The notes: generated by a model from the sequence alone, not told the origin. A DNA stretch of 64,000 nt from an uncultured Thermoleophilia bacterium (GCA_963702475.1 CAVPCT010000003.1:960001-1024000), one strand, 5' to 3'; counted from the first letter of the stretch, positions 1-10,528 are shown. Translations and numbers: made by a program.

Positions 1-39
1 CCCCGGCCGGCGATGCGGCCGGCAGTCCCGGCCCCGGTC

Positions 40-1155
40 CTACGCCCTGAACACCACCGCGGGGTCCACCGTGGCGATCCTGCGCAGCGGGATGAACGCT
101 GCGATCAGGCCCATGAACAGCGCAGCGACGGCCACGAGCGCGAGGTCGCGCGACTGGATGCTGGTGATGAACTGCGGCACCCACTCCTCCGCACCGCGGG
201 CGGCCAGGAGCGAGACGGCCACGCCCACGGCGTAGCCGGCCATGGCCGAGAACACGGCCTGCACGCCCACCACGAGCAGCATCTGCCCGTTGCGCGCGCC
301 GACGGCCTTCAGGATGCCGTAGTCGCGCCGGTGCTCCAGGACTGCCGAGTAGATGGTGAGGCCGATCACGGCGACGCCGATGACGAAGCCGATCGCCAGA
401 AGGACGCCCAGCACAGGCAGGAAACCCTCGTTGATGACCCGCCGGTTGGCCTTGATGATCTCGGGGAGGGACTTCACCATCACGCCGGCTCCGGCGGCTC
501 GCACCTGGTCTCTCACGAACCCGACCGGCGCGTCCTCCTCGTAGACGAGCAGGAAGCCGGTCACCAGGTCCTTCGACTCCAGCAGCTCGCGCGCGCGGCG
601 GCGCGTAACGAAGCCGTACTGGAACACCACCATGTCGCCGCCATCGCTGAGGCCGGCGACCTCCAGCCGCTGGTCGTTGATGTCCAGGTCGTCCCCGAGC
701 GCGACGTCGTGTCGTCTCGCGAAGACCTTGTCCACGATGATCTGCCGGTCTGTGATCTCGCGCGTGCCCGAGTCCATCGCGAGGGGCCCCGGCCCCGGGC
801 CCTTGCGGCCGGGGTTGAAGGCCGCGATCTTGAGCGCCACGTCCTTGCCGTCGATCTTGAAGCCGAGTTGCCGGGCGGAGTACGGGACGACCTCCTTGAC
901 GCCGTAGATACTCTCCAGCCGGTCCGCCAAGTCCAGAGGCAACCGGGAGTACGAGAAGGCCAGGTCGGCGCTCCCCTGCTGCAGCACCCAGGCGTCGACG
1001 TGCATGCTGTCGTAGTAGTCGTTGACCTTGGTCTCGTACGCGAGGTACAGCCCCCTCAGGAGCACGATGAGCACGACGGCGAACGCCACGCCGCCGATCG
1101 AGATCGCGAGGCGTGTCTTCTCCTTGAACAGGTTCTTGCGCGCGAGCGTCAGCAT
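40..1155 (-). CDS. ABC transporter permease, FtsX/MacB-like
   Basis: N-terminal TM (RLAISIGGVAFAV), periplasmic-type loop, three C-terminal TMs, YGILKAVGA and DPAVVFR motifs. Confidence 0.85.
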   Translation of the reverse strand: MLTLARKNLFKEKTRLAISIGGVAFAVVLIVLLRGLYLAYETKVNDYYDSMHVDAWVLQQGSADLAFSYSRLPLDLADRLESIYGVKEVVPYSARQLGFKIDGKDVALKIAAFNPGRKGPGPGPLAMDSGTREITDRQIIVDKVFARRHDVALGDDLDINDQRLEVAGLSDGGDMVVFQYGFVTRRRARELLESKDLVTGFLLVYEEDAPVGFVRDQVRAAGAGVMVKSLPEIIKANRRVINEGFLPVLGVLLAIGFVIGVAVIGLTIYSAVLEHRRDYGILKAVGARNGQMLLVVGVQAVFSAMAGYAVGVAVSLLAARGAEEWVPQFITSIQSRDLALVAVAALFMGLIAAFIPLRRIATVDPAVVFRA

Positions 1156-1267
1156 CCCCGGATTCCCGCCCCTTCCACGCTCTCGATGCTACCACCGGGT
1201 CCGTAGCGGCGCGGCGGAGGCCTGGGGCCGCGCCGCGCACCCCGGCGGTGCGCCGCGCGGGACGGGG

Positions 1268-2524
1268 TCAGACAGCCGCCGGCGCGCGCCTCGCGCCTCG
1301 CTCTCCGTCCATGGGATAGGGAAGGCTGGCGCCGTCCGGGATGGTGTCGACGTACCTCGCCCGGAACTCCGGGGACTGCATGCGGCAGCGGATGGACCGC
1401 TTCCGGTAGGCGGGATGGTCGAGCATGCGCCACCACAGATCGGCGACCGGGGCGTCCTGCACGTTGCCGAAGGAGAGAGGCGTGAAGTCGCAAGGCGTGA
1501 GGTCACCTTGCGTCGTCACGTGGAGCTGCAGGTTGCCGGCCAGGCACCCGATCAGCAGGCTGAAGCCACGCCCGCTGTTCGTCCAGGACTGCGTGATGAC
1601 CCGCAGCCGCCCGCGGTGCACGCGGTTCAGGTCGTGCGCCTCGGCGATCAGCCTGCGCTTGTGCTGCTCGTCGAGCAGCGGTTCGCAGCCGCGCAGCAGC
1701 TTGCCGGTACGGATGCCGTCGAAGACGCTGATCTCGCTCACGCCCCACTCCTCTCCGAGCGCGGCCACGCGCGTGAGCTTGCGCCCGTCGACGGACTCGT
1801 TGTCGGCGTAGGTACTGAGGCCGACGAGCAGTCCGGCCTCGCGCGCGGCGCGCGCCGCCTGGGCGACGGCCTGGAAGACGCCCTCGCGGCCGCGGCCACG
1901 GTCGTGCTCGGCCTCGTCCGGATCGTCCAGACTGAGGTGGATGCCGTAGGCGCCGGCCGCCCGGAGTTGTGAGAGCCGTTCGGGCGAAGCATCGAGGCCG
2001 TTGCAGAAGAACTCGGCCACGGCCCTGTCTCGAGGCACGGAGGCGATGAGCTCGTCGATGTCGCGACGTAGCAGAGGCTCCCCGCCGGTGAACGTGACGA
2101 CGGACGTCCCCAGCTCGACGCACTCGCCGATGACCCGCTTCCACGTGGCGGTGTCCAGTGGCGCCGTGCCGCGCGGACGGAGGGCGGCGCTGCAGTGCTC
2201 GCAGCTGAGCTGGCAGGCGTCGGTGAGCGCCAGCGTCGCGGCCATGGGCGTGCGCCGGCCGAAGAGTCGGTTCCGCAAGAAGTTCTCGAGCTGGTAGTTG
2301 TGGGCGGGGCTAGGAATGGGGGGGAGGTAGAGCGAGAAGATGTAGCTGTCGCCGCGGACGCGCACCGGCCGCAGCATGTTGTGCCACGCGAAGTAGGTGA
2401 GCAGCGACGTGCGCAGGCGTGGCGAGGCGGGGCCGTGCACGCGGTAGTGCAAACGCCCGCGCGCCGCCCACACATCAAGAGCGACGCCCTGCAACTCCGG
2501 CGTGTGGTCGAACCGGTAGACCAC
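1268..2524 (-). CDS. Radical SAM protein with SPASM/twitch C-terminal domain
   Basis: CQLSCEHC (CxxxCxxC), TGGEP, C-terminal GCLAG...G.LTPCDF...C. GTG start at 2524 chosen for its G-rich RBS. Confidence 0.85.
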   Translation of the reverse strand: MVYRFDHTPELQGVALDVWAARGRLHYRVHGPASPRLRTSLLTYFAWHNMLRPVRVRGDSYIFSLYLPPIPSPAHNYQLENFLRNRLFGRRTPMAATLALTDACQLSCEHCSAALRPRGTAPLDTATWKRVIGECVELGTSVVTFTGGEPLLRRDIDELIASVPRDRAVAEFFCNGLDASPERLSQLRAAGAYGIHLSLDDPDEAEHDRGRGREGVFQAVAQAARAAREAGLLVGLSTYADNESVDGRKLTRVAALGEEWGVSEISVFDGIRTGKLLRGCEPLLDEQHKRRLIAEAHDLNRVHRGRLRVITQSWTNSGRGFSLLIGCLAGNLQLHVTTQGDLTPCDFTPLSFGNVQDAPVADLWWRMLDHPAYRKRSIRCRMQSPEFRARYVDTIPDGASLPYPMDGERGARRAPAAV

Positions 2525-2682
2525 CGTGCACCCCCCGCGTGATTCGGACCGTACGAGCCATGGTATCCGATGCGCGGGATGCCGGGCGGAAGGTCCCGGT
2601 ACCGGAGCGGACGAGAGTGACAGTCCTGTCCCGGCACGCCGGCCCTGCCGCGGCCCTCCCGGCCCTGCAGTAGGCTGTGCCG

Positions 2683-3606
2683 GTGTCCGGACGCCCTCCC
2701 GTCTCCGCGTACCTCGCCGCACTCGGCATGACCGTGGCCTTCGGCATGTCGTTCGTGGCCACCAAGGTGGCGCTGCGCGGCTTCGAGCCGCTGCTCATCG
2801 CGCTGCTGCGCTTCTCCCTCGCCGGCGCGGCTCTGTGGCTCGTGTGGCGGGCGCTCCCCAGGCGGGGGCGAGCCGCCCCCGGGGACCTCCGGCGGCTCGC
2901 CCTCCTCGGATTCGTCTCCCTGACGGTCTACTTCAGCTTCGAGAACCTGGGCATCGCCCGCACGAGCGCGTCGGCCGCGGCGATCCTCATCGGCGTCATC
3001 CCGGTGTTCGTGCTCATCCTGAATCACTTCACGCTGCGTGAGCCGGCCGCGGCGCGCCAGTGGCTGGGTGTCGCCCTGTCGTTCGCCGGCATCGTCGCCC
3101 TCGTTCTTGCGGCCGGGGCGGCCTCCGGCGGCAGCCTCACAGGGAACCTGCTCGTCCTCGCGGCGTCGCTGGCGGCGGCGGTCTACAGCCTGCTGGCCCG
3201 CCGCCTGCTGCTGCGCCGTTCGGCGCTGTTCGTCACCGCCTGGCAGAACCTGTTCGGGGCGCTGTTCATGGCGCCGCTCGCGCTCGTCGAGGCCGTGCTC
3301 ACCGGCGTGCGGCAACCCACGGGCGCGTCCGTGACGGGCGTTCTCTTCCTGACGGTGGTGTGCTCGATGCTGGCGTACCTGCTTCTCAATTACGCTTTCC
3401 GCTTCCTGCCGGCGAGTCGCGTCGGCCCGTTCATCAACCTCACGCCGGTGGTGGCGGTGGCGGGAGCCTACGTCGTGCTCGGGGAGCGGTTCACGGTGGC
3501 GCAGGCCGTCGCCGCGGCCGTCGTGGTGGCGGGGGTGTGGCTGGCGAACAGCGGTCCGCGAGGCGCCGCCGAGGGCCCGCCGGTCAGAAGTCCATCGGGA
3601 GGATGA
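2683..3606 (+). CDS. DMT/EamA family transporter
   Basis: About ten hydrophobic helices with EamA-like repeats. TAGGCT -10 box 6 nt before the GTG at 2683 suggests a leaderless start (ORF track starts at 2677). Confidence 0.85.
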   Translation: MSGRPPVSAYLAALGMTVAFGMSFVATKVALRGFEPLLIALLRFSLAGAALWLVWRALPRRGRAAPGDLRRLALLGFVSLTVYFSFENLGIARTSASAAAILIGVIPVFVLILNHFTLREPAAARQWLGVALSFAGIVALVLAAGAASGGSLTGNLLVLAASLAAAVYSLLARRLLLRRSALFVTAWQNLFGALFMAPLALVEAVLTGVRQPTGASVTGVLFLTVVCSMLAYLLLNYAFRFLPASRVGPFINLTPVVAVAGAYVVLGERFTVAQAVAAAVVVAGVWLANSGPRGAAEGPPVRSPSGG

Positions 3607-4051
3607 GGTCTCGGGCGAGCGCCAGGAGCAGCTTCTCGGCCTCCTCCTCGAAGTTCCTGCGGCTCAGCGTGTCCGCCTGGCGGGCGAGCGCCTGCGCGTG
3701 GTGGTACAGCGTCCGGTTCAGGTCCTCGACCGCTCCGCGGCCGAGCACGATGCGGGTCCACGCCTCGCAGTTGGGGCAGCGCATCAGCAGGTTCCAGTCG
3801 CCGTCGCGGTTGCGCTCCCAGTCCTCCGGATAGATGAACTCGCTCGCGCAGCGGCTGCAGACGGAGGGAGCGGCCACGAGGCGGGGGCCGTCGGCAGCCG
3901 GCGCCGCAGGCCGCGCGCCTGCCGGCTCCCGGGTGTGCGCCGCCCGGTGGCCGCCGGCGTCGTCTCGTGAGGGCGAGGCGAAGACCGTGATCTCGAGAGC
4001 GGTCCCGTCGGGCAGGATGAAGCGTTCGCGTCTCGGTCGCATGTAGCGCAT
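3584..4051 (-). CDS. Hypothetical protein with zinc-ribbon-like CxxC...CxxC
   Basis: CSRC and CPNC pairs, GGAGG RBS, typical codon usage in the C-terminal part. Confidence 0.65.
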   Translation of the reverse strand: MRYMRPRRERFILPDGTALEITVFASPSRDDAGGHRAAHTREPAGARPAAPAADGPRLVAAPSVCSRCASEFIYPEDWERNRDGDWNLLMRCPNCEAWTRIVLGRGAVEDLNRTLYHHAQALARQADTLSRRNFEEEAEKLLLALARDLILPMDF

Positions 4052-4252
4052 CGCCTGCCTCCCTCAGTCCGCTCGCTCGACCGCTCTCCAGACAGTATCG
4101 GAGCGCACGGGCCCGCGATTGAGTCGCGGCGTTGTCTGGACAGGCTACGGAGAGGAGACCACTGCGCCGACCCGGCCGGGACCGCCGGTCCGTCTGGACA
4201 GCCTTGCGCGAGGTGGGCCATACTGGACCCCGCGCCGCCAGGCGCGTGACCG

Positions 4253-5107
4253 ATGACCGACGTCCCCAGCGATATCCAGGACCCCGCCTCCCTGCCCATC
4301 GGCATGTTCGACTCGGGCATGGGCGGTCTCACCGTGCTGCACGAGTGTCTCGTGCAGCTTCCGCGTGAGAACTTCGCCTACGTGGGCGACACGGCGCGGT
4401 TCCCGTACGGAGACAAGGACCGCGCCGATCTCCAGCTCTTCGCGCGGCAGCTCACGGCCTTCCTCGAGACGGTGCCGTGTAAGCTCATCGTGGTCGCGTG
4501 CTACTCCGCCACCTCGGCCGCGCTCCCACTGCTGCAGCAGCAGTTCGACACGCCGATCATCGGCGTGGTCATGCCGGGGGCGCGGGCGGCGGTCCAGACT
4601 TCCCGGTACCGCCGCATCGGCGTCCTGGCCACGGAGGCCACCGTAGCCAGCGGCGCGTACCCCCGCGCCATCCACGGCCTCGACGAGGGCGCCGAGGTCA
4701 TCCAGCAGGCGTGCCCGGGCCTCGTCTCGTTCATCGAGTCGGGCGACGTGGCCAGCCAGGCGCTGGCCGACGCCGTGCGCGGCTTCACCGAGCCGCTCAA
4801 GGCGCAGCGCCCGGACGTCGTCATCATGGGCTGCACGCACTACCCGCTCGTGGCACCCATGCTGCAGCGCTTCCTGGGACGGGACGTCACCTTGGTCAAC
4901 CCGGCCGCCGAGATCGCCCGCGAGGTGGAAGACACGCTGCTGCGTCAGGGATCCGCGCGCAGCGAGGACCGCGTCGGCTCCTACAGGTTCTACGCGACGG
5001 GCGACGTCGACGCGTTCAGGACGGTGGGCGCGCGCTTCCTGCAGATGCCGCTCACACGGGTGCGCCACCTGCCGCTCGAGACGCTGGCCGGGCTGGTGCG
5101 CGTGTGA
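4253..5107 (+). CDS. murI: Glutamate racemase
   Basis: FDSGMGGLTV, VACYSAT, GCTHYP motifs. Confidence 0.95.
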   Translation: MTDVPSDIQDPASLPIGMFDSGMGGLTVLHECLVQLPRENFAYVGDTARFPYGDKDRADLQLFARQLTAFLETVPCKLIVVACYSATSAALPLLQQQFDTPIIGVVMPGARAAVQTSRYRRIGVLATEATVASGAYPRAIHGLDEGAEVIQQACPGLVSFIESGDVASQALADAVRGFTEPLKAQRPDVVIMGCTHYPLVAPMLQRFLGRDVTLVNPAAEIAREVEDTLLRQGSARSEDRVGSYRFYATGDVDAFRTVGARFLQMPLTRVRHLPLETLAGLVRV

Positions 5108-5589
5108 ACACCCGCTTTCTCGCGCGCGCGGCCATGTACGCCGCACTCTACGCCACGCTCACGCTCATGCCGGGGCTCAACGCCCTCGCCTACGGGGCCG
5201 TGCAGTTCCGCGTGGCCGAGTCGCTTCTGCCGTTCGCCTGCATCGACCCCGCCGCCGTTGTCGGGCTCACGCTGGGCACCGCCCTGGGCAACCTCGGTAG
5301 TCCCATGTTCTTCGTCGACGTGGTGTTCGGCGCGCTGCTCACGCTGGTCGCCGTCTCGCTGATGTATCGTATCGGTCCGCGCTGGTACGCCCTGGCCGTG
5401 CCCGTGGTGGTCAACGGCCTCGGCGTGGCGGCCATGCTCGCCGTCGTGCTGGACCTGCCGTTCTGGGCGAGCGCCGTGTGGGTGAGCGCGGGCGAGGCGG
5501 CCGTCATGGCCACCGGCGGCGCCGTGGTGCTGGTGCTGGTGCGCCGCCGCTCCGACCTGTTCGGGACGATGCGCCCCGACGCCGGCTGA
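5104..5589 (+). CDS. QueT-family membrane transporter
   Basis: AMYAALY...YGAVQFRVAESL...GTALGNL signature. GTGA overlap with the murI stop. Confidence 0.8.
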   Translation: MNTRFLARAAMYAALYATLTLMPGLNALAYGAVQFRVAESLLPFACIDPAAVVGLTLGTALGNLGSPMFFVDVVFGALLTLVAVSLMYRIGPRWYALAVPVVVNGLGVAAMLAVVLDLPFWASAVWVSAGEAAVMATGGAVVLVLVRRRSDLFGTMRPDAG

Positions 5590-5617
5590 GTGTCCGGGGC
5601 GCGCTGAAAGGACCGTT

Positions 5618-6337
5618 GTGAGACAAGGACGCAAAGCAGACGAACTGCGGGCGCTCAGCATCGAGCCGGCCGTGGCCAAGTTCGCGGCCGGCTCGGCGCG
5701 CATCGCGCTGGGAGACACGATCGTGCTCTGCACGGCGTCACTGAGCGAGGGCGTGCCGCCCTGGCTGCGCGGCTCGGGCCGCGGCTGGCTCACGGCGGAG
5801 TACAGCATGCTGCCGGGGGCCACGCCCACGCGCACGCAGCGCGAGGCGGTGCGCGGCAAGCAGGGCGGCCGCACCATGGAGATCCAGCGCCTCGTCGGGC
5901 GCAGCCTGCGCGGCGTCACCGACCTGGGCATCATCGGCGAGCGCACCATCACCGTGGACTGCGACGTGCTGCAGGCCGACGGCGGCACGCGCACGGCGAG
6001 CATCACCGGCGGATATGTGGCCGTGTACCAGGTCGCGGCCAGGCTCAAGGACATGTTGGGCCTGAACGAGCTGCCGTTGTTCGACACGCTGTCCGCCGTC
6101 TCCGTGGGCGTGGTCGACGGCCAGGTGCTGCTCGACCTCGACTACGCCGAGGACTCGGCGGCCGAGGTCGACATGAACGTGGTGATGACCGGCGACGGGC
6201 GTCTGGTCGAGGTGCAGGCCACGGCCGAGGGCGAGCCTTACGCGCGCGAGACGCTCGACCGGATGCTGGACCTGGCCGCGCGGGGCGCGGCCGCCCTGGC
6301 GGCCGCGCAGACCGCGGCCACGGCGACCCTGGGCTGA
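5618..6337 (+). CDS. rph: Ribonuclease PH
   Basis: GWLTAEYSMLP, EIQRLVGRSLR, DGGTRTASITG. Confidence 0.97.
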   Translation: MRQGRKADELRALSIEPAVAKFAAGSARIALGDTIVLCTASLSEGVPPWLRGSGRGWLTAEYSMLPGATPTRTQREAVRGKQGGRTMEIQRLVGRSLRGVTDLGIIGERTITVDCDVLQADGGTRTASITGGYVAVYQVAARLKDMLGLNELPLFDTLSAVSVGVVDGQVLLDLDYAEDSAAEVDMNVVMTGDGRLVEVQATAEGEPYARETLDRMLDLAARGAAALAAAQTAATATLG

Positions 6338-6345
6338 GGCGCGCC

Positions 6346-6984
6346 GTGCGCCTCATGCTGGCCACGGGCAACCGCCACAAGCTCGGCGAGTTCCGCGGCA
6401 TCCTGGCGCCGCTCGAGGTGCTCCCCATGCCGGGCGGCGTCGAACTGCCCCCCGAGGGCAGCGAGTCCTTTGCGGCCAACGCGAGGGGCAAGGCGCTGGG
6501 GCTCGCCGAGGCGCTGGCCGCGCGCGGCGGGCCGGTGCCGGACGACCTGCTCTTCCTCGCCGACGACTCCGGCCTCGAGGTCGAGGCGCTGGGCTGGGCG
6601 CCGGGCGTCACCAGCGCCCGTTACGCGGGCGTGGACGGGCCCGGCGCCGACGCCGCCAATGTGGCGCGCCTCCTCAGGGAGCTGGCCGGCTGCGCCGGCC
6701 CCGACCTGCGCCGGGCGCGCTTCGTCTGCTCCGTTGTCGCCGTCGCCGCCGACATGCGAGAATACGCGGCGACGGGATTCTGGTGGGGCGCCATCGCCGC
6801 CTCGCCGCGCGGAGAAGGCGGGTTCGGGTACGACCCCGTCTTCGTCCCCGAGGGGTCAGACCTCACTGTGGCCGAGTGGCCGCAGGCGGACAAGGACCAG
6901 GCCAGCCACCGCGCACTGGCCGGTAGGGCCCTCCTCGAACGGCTGCGACAGGAGGGTGTCGTCCATGGAGGTCCGCAAGCCTGA
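6346..6984 (+). CDS. rdgB: Non-canonical purine NTP pyrophosphatase (Ham1/RdgB)
   Basis: ATGNRHK, ADDSGL, GFGYDPVF, SHR motifs. Follows rph. Confidence 0.92.
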   Translation: MRLMLATGNRHKLGEFRGILAPLEVLPMPGGVELPPEGSESFAANARGKALGLAEALAARGGPVPDDLLFLADDSGLEVEALGWAPGVTSARYAGVDGPGADAANVARLLRELAGCAGPDLRRARFVCSVVAVAADMREYAATGFWWGAIAASPRGEGGFGYDPVFVPEGSDLTVAEWPQADKDQASHRALAGRALLERLRQEGVVHGGPQA

Positions 6985-7921
6985 CTTCGGTCGTTCCCCC
7001 GACGACCTGGCCAACGACAAGCTGAAGTCCCGCGCCGCGGCGATCTCCATCGCCTCCAACACGGCGCTCATCGGATTCAAGCTCGCGGTCGGCATCCTGT
7101 CGGGGTCCATCGCCATCATCTCCGAGGCGCTGCACTCGGGCTCGGACCTCGTGGCGGCGATCATCGCCTTCTACTCGGTGCGCAAAGCCGCCGAGCCTCC
7201 GGATATCCACCACCACTACGGGCACGAGAAGGTCGAGAACCTCAGCGGGGTCATCGAGGCGCTGCTCATCATCGCGGCCGCCGGCGTGATCATCTACGAG
7301 GGCGTCATGAAGATCATCGACGGTCCGCATATCGACCACGTGTGGCTGGGCATCGCCGTCATGGCCACGTCCGGCGTCGCCAACCTCGTGGTCTCCAAGA
7401 AGGTGCTGTATCCGGTGGCGCGGCGCACGGAGTCGGCCGCGCTGGAGGCGGACGCGGCCCACCTGCTCACCGACGTCTACACGTCGTTCGGTGTCGCAGG
7501 CGGTCTGCTGCTCGTCAAGCTCACCGGGTGGGAGTACCTGGACCCCATCGCCGCCATCGCGGTGGCGGTGCTCATCATCAAGACGGGGTACGAGCTGGTG
7601 ATCCAGTCCACCAGGGTGCTGCTCGATGAGACCCTGCCCGAGGCGGAGCTGGAGGAGATCCGCCGCTGCGTCGTCGAGCACAAGGGCGACCTCATCTGGG
7701 GCTATCACCGCCTCCGCGCCCGCAGGGCCGGCAGCCGCCGTCACATCGACCTGCACGTGCTCGTTGAAGACGACCTCACCGTGACCGAGGCGCACGACGT
7801 GGCCGAGCACATCGCCGCCGACATCCGCGGCTGCGTGCCCAACGCCGACGTGCTGGTGCACATCGAGCCGCGCGCGACGCGGCGCGACGACAGCGAGCCG
7901 CCGGGGAAGGCCTACGAGTAG
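6965..7921 (+). CDS. Cation diffusion facilitator (FieF-like)
   Basis: EALHSGSD, YGHEKVE, ADAAHLLTD, C-terminal dimerisation domain ending VHIEP. Confidence 0.9.
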   Translation: MEVRKPDFGRSPDDLANDKLKSRAAAISIASNTALIGFKLAVGILSGSIAIISEALHSGSDLVAAIIAFYSVRKAAEPPDIHHHYGHEKVENLSGVIEALLIIAAAGVIIYEGVMKIIDGPHIDHVWLGIAVMATSGVANLVVSKKVLYPVARRTESAALEADAAHLLTDVYTSFGVAGGLLLVKLTGWEYLDPIAAIAVAVLIIKTGYELVIQSTRVLLDETLPEAELEEIRRCVVEHKGDLIWGYHRLRARRAGSRRHIDLHVLVEDDLTVTEAHDVAEHIAADIRGCVPNADVLVHIEPRATRRDDSEPPGKAYE

Positions 7922-9180
7922 AGGGGAGACAGCAGGAGGAAGCCGCTCATGACCACGAGCGCGCCGGTGAAGCCCCAGGCAATGATGTTGCGCACCCTCC
8001 CGTTGACGTGCTCGCCCATCACCCGCGGGTTGTTGATGAGCAGCAGGGTGAAGATGAGGATCACCGGCAGCAGGACGCCGTTGAGCGACTGCGCCACGAG
8101 GATCACGGTCACCAGCGGCAGGCCGGGGATCACCGCCACCGCGGCCGGCACGAACATCAGGACCGTGATGATGCCGTTGAACACCGGCGCCTCGCGGAAC
8201 GAGCTGTCCAGGCCGCTCTCGAAGCCGAAGGCCTCGCAGACCACGTAGGCGGTGGCCAGCGGCAGCACACCGGCCGCCAGGACCGACACGCTCAGCAGGC
8301 CGATGCCGAACAGGTAGCGGGCGGCCTGGCCGAGAAAGGGCTCCAGGGCCATGGCGGCATCCTGGGCCGACGTCACCACGACGCTCTCGGGGAACAGCGT
8401 CGCGGCGCAGGCGACGACGATGAAGAAGTCGATCGTGGTCATCATCACCGAGCCCACGTAGATCTCGTACTTGGTGTACACGTACTGCTTCCACGGCACC
8501 TTTTTGTCGATGACGGCCGCCTGGATGAAGAACTGGCCCCAGGGCGTCAGCGTCGTGCCGATGGCGGCGATGACCGTAAAGAGCCAGAGGGTGTCCCACT
8601 CGATGTGCGGGTGCGTGGCCCCATGGAGCGCCTTGCCCCAGTCGGGGCCGGCCATGATGCCGGCGATCACGTAGGTGACGAGGACGAAGCCCAGGGCCAG
8701 CAGCACGCGCTCCACCTTGCGGTACGAGCCGCGCGTGACCAGGAACCACACGGCTACGGCGACGACGGGCACGGCCACGTAGGACGGCACGTGAAAGAGG
8801 CCGGCCGCGGCCGCCACGCCGGAGAACTCGGCTACCGTGGTGCCGAAGTTGGCGATCACGGTGGCGAGTATCGCGAGCGCCGTCAGCCGCAGGCTGAAGT
8901 TCTCGCGGATCAGGCCGGCGAGCCCGCGTCCCGTCACCACGCCGACGCGGGCGTTCATCTCCTGGACGATGGCCAGCACCGGAGTGATCGCGACGAGCAG
9001 CCAGATGAGACTGTAGCCGTAGCGCGAGCCGATCACCGACCAGGTCGTGATGCCGCCGGCGTCGTTGCCGGCGTTCGCCGCGATCAGGCCGGGGCCGACC
9101 ATGCTCAGCACGATGAGCAGGCGGCTGCGGCCGATGCGGCCGACCAGGCTGCGGCCTACGGCACGCGGGGACCGCGCCAT
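7912..9180 (-). CDS. NRAMP-related divalent cation (probably Mg2+) transporter
   Basis: GPGLIAANAGNDAGG in TM1, QEMNARVG, GTTLTPW in TM6, MGEHVN. Lies downstream of an M-box. Confidence 0.88.
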   Translation of the reverse strand: MARSPRAVGRSLVGRIGRSRLLIVLSMVGPGLIAANAGNDAGGITTWSVIGSRYGYSLIWLLVAITPVLAIVQEMNARVGVVTGRGLAGLIRENFSLRLTALAILATVIANFGTTVAEFSGVAAAAGLFHVPSYVAVPVVAVAVWFLVTRGSYRKVERVLLALGFVLVTYVIAGIMAGPDWGKALHGATHPHIEWDTLWLFTVIAAIGTTLTPWGQFFIQAAVIDKKVPWKQYVYTKYEIYVGSVMMTTIDFFIVVACAATLFPESVVVTSAQDAAMALEPFLGQAARYLFGIGLLSVSVLAAGVLPLATAYVVCEAFGFESGLDSSFREAPVFNGIITVLMFVPAAVAVIPGLPLVTVILVAQSLNGVLLPVILIFTLLLINNPRVMGEHVNGRVRNIIAWGFTGALVVMSGFLLLSPLYS

Positions 9181-9190
9181 CGAGGCCTCT

Positions 9191-10441
9191 TCAATGGAAG
9201 ATCCTCGGGAGGCGCTTCTTCCAAGCGAGCGGGAGCACCAGGTCGATGGCGTCATCCACGGTGATGATGCCGTGGATCTCGCCCTCGTCGTCCACGACGG
9301 GCAGGGCGAGCAGGTTGTACTTGGCGATCAGCTCTGTGATCTCGTCCTCGGTGCCCGTCGTGAGTACGGACACCGGGTTCTCCGTCATGAAGTCCCGCAC
9401 CTTCTTCTCGGGCGGCGTGGTGAGCAGGTCGCGCAGCGAGAACACGCCGCGCAGTCTGTCCGAGCGGTCCACGACGTAGATGTAGTACACGGTCTCGGCG
9501 TGCTCGGCCTGCTCGCGCAGCCGCTCCATGGCCCGCTCCGCGGTGTCGTCGAGGCGAGCCCAGGCGTAGTCGGTGGTCATGATGCCGCCGGCCGAGTGCT
9601 CCGGGTAGCTGAGCAGCTCGCGCAGGTCCTCGGCGTCGTCCTTCTTCATCATGGCGATGAAGTGCTGGCGGCGATCGTCCGGGAGGTCCGCCAGCAGGTC
9701 GGCGGCGTCGTCCGGCGACATGTTGGCCAGCAGTTCCGCCGCCCTGTCGTCGGGGAGGTCCTGCAGCAGCGAGGCCTGGTACGACGGGTGCATCTCCTCG
9801 AAGGCGTCGGCGGCCAGGTCGTCCTCGAGCGCGTCCAGCACTGCGGCGCGCTCGTCGGGCGAGAGCTCGTGCACCAGGTCGGCGATGTCGGCCGGGTGCA
9901 GCAGTTCGAGCTTGGTCTGCGGGACGGCGAGGCGCACCGAGCTGTCGTCCGTGTGCTCGACGTCCACGTGCTTCCAGTCGATGAGGTGCGGCTTGGCCTT
10001 CTGGCGACCCGTGGCGAGACGCTCACCCACCTTGGCGAGCCCGACGCGGCGCAGGATGGCGTTGCTGGAGACGTCCACACCCACCACGTGGACCTCGTTG
10101 GCGGACCGCAGCAGCTGGATGTCGTTCACGCGGATGACCTTGCGGCCCTCCGTGTCCACGAGTTGCTTGTCGAGGAAGGTGGCGGAGAGGAACAGCTCGC
10201 CCGGCCGCAGCGCACGCTCTCCGAGCTCTGCGGCCGGCACGCGCAGCAGCGTGCCCGACTCCTCGAAGCTGGTGACCTGGTCCCACGCGGCGTACACGAC
10301 CTTGCCGCGCCGCTTGACCGCCAGGGCGGTGACCACCGGGTACGCCGGCGCCGGCGAGACGATCAGGTCGTGCAGGGTGCCGGCCGGCTTGTCGGAGGCG
10401 TCGCGCACGGGGCTGCCGAGCAGCTTGCTCAAGAAGAACAC
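9191..10441 (-). CDS. Soluble MgtE N-terminal/CBS-pair protein with PRC-barrel-like N-terminus and no pore domain
   Basis: LHPADIADL, AGGIMTTDY, KYNLLALPVVD, GIITVDD. The ORF ends before any TM domain. Confidence 0.88.
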   Translation of the reverse strand: MFFLSKLLGSPVRDASDKPAGTLHDLIVSPAPAYPVVTALAVKRRGKVVYAAWDQVTSFEESGTLLRVPAAELGERALRPGELFLSATFLDKQLVDTEGRKVIRVNDIQLLRSANEVHVVGVDVSSNAILRRVGLAKVGERLATGRQKAKPHLIDWKHVDVEHTDDSSVRLAVPQTKLELLHPADIADLVHELSPDERAAVLDALEDDLAADAFEEMHPSYQASLLQDLPDDRAAELLANMSPDDAADLLADLPDDRRQHFIAMMKKDDAEDLRELLSYPEHSAGGIMTTDYAWARLDDTAERAMERLREQAEHAETVYYIYVVDRSDRLRGVFSLRDLLTTPPEKKVRDFMTENPVSVLTTGTEDEITELIAKYNLLALPVVDDEGEIHGIITVDDAIDLVLPLAWKKRLPRIFH

Positions 10442-10478
10442 CGGCCTCACCTCCTCCACGCCATCGACCTGCAGACCC

Positions 10479-10503
10479 AGAAAAGCCTTCCTCGCGGAAG
10501 GCT
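10479..10503 (-). terminator. Expression-platform terminator of the M-box leader
   Basis: On the minus strand, AGCCTTCC-GCGA-GGAAGGCT followed by TTTCT, between the aptamer and the RBS. Confidence 0.75.
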
Positions 10504-10528
10504 CCGGGCGCATGGCTGGAGGAGCGGT

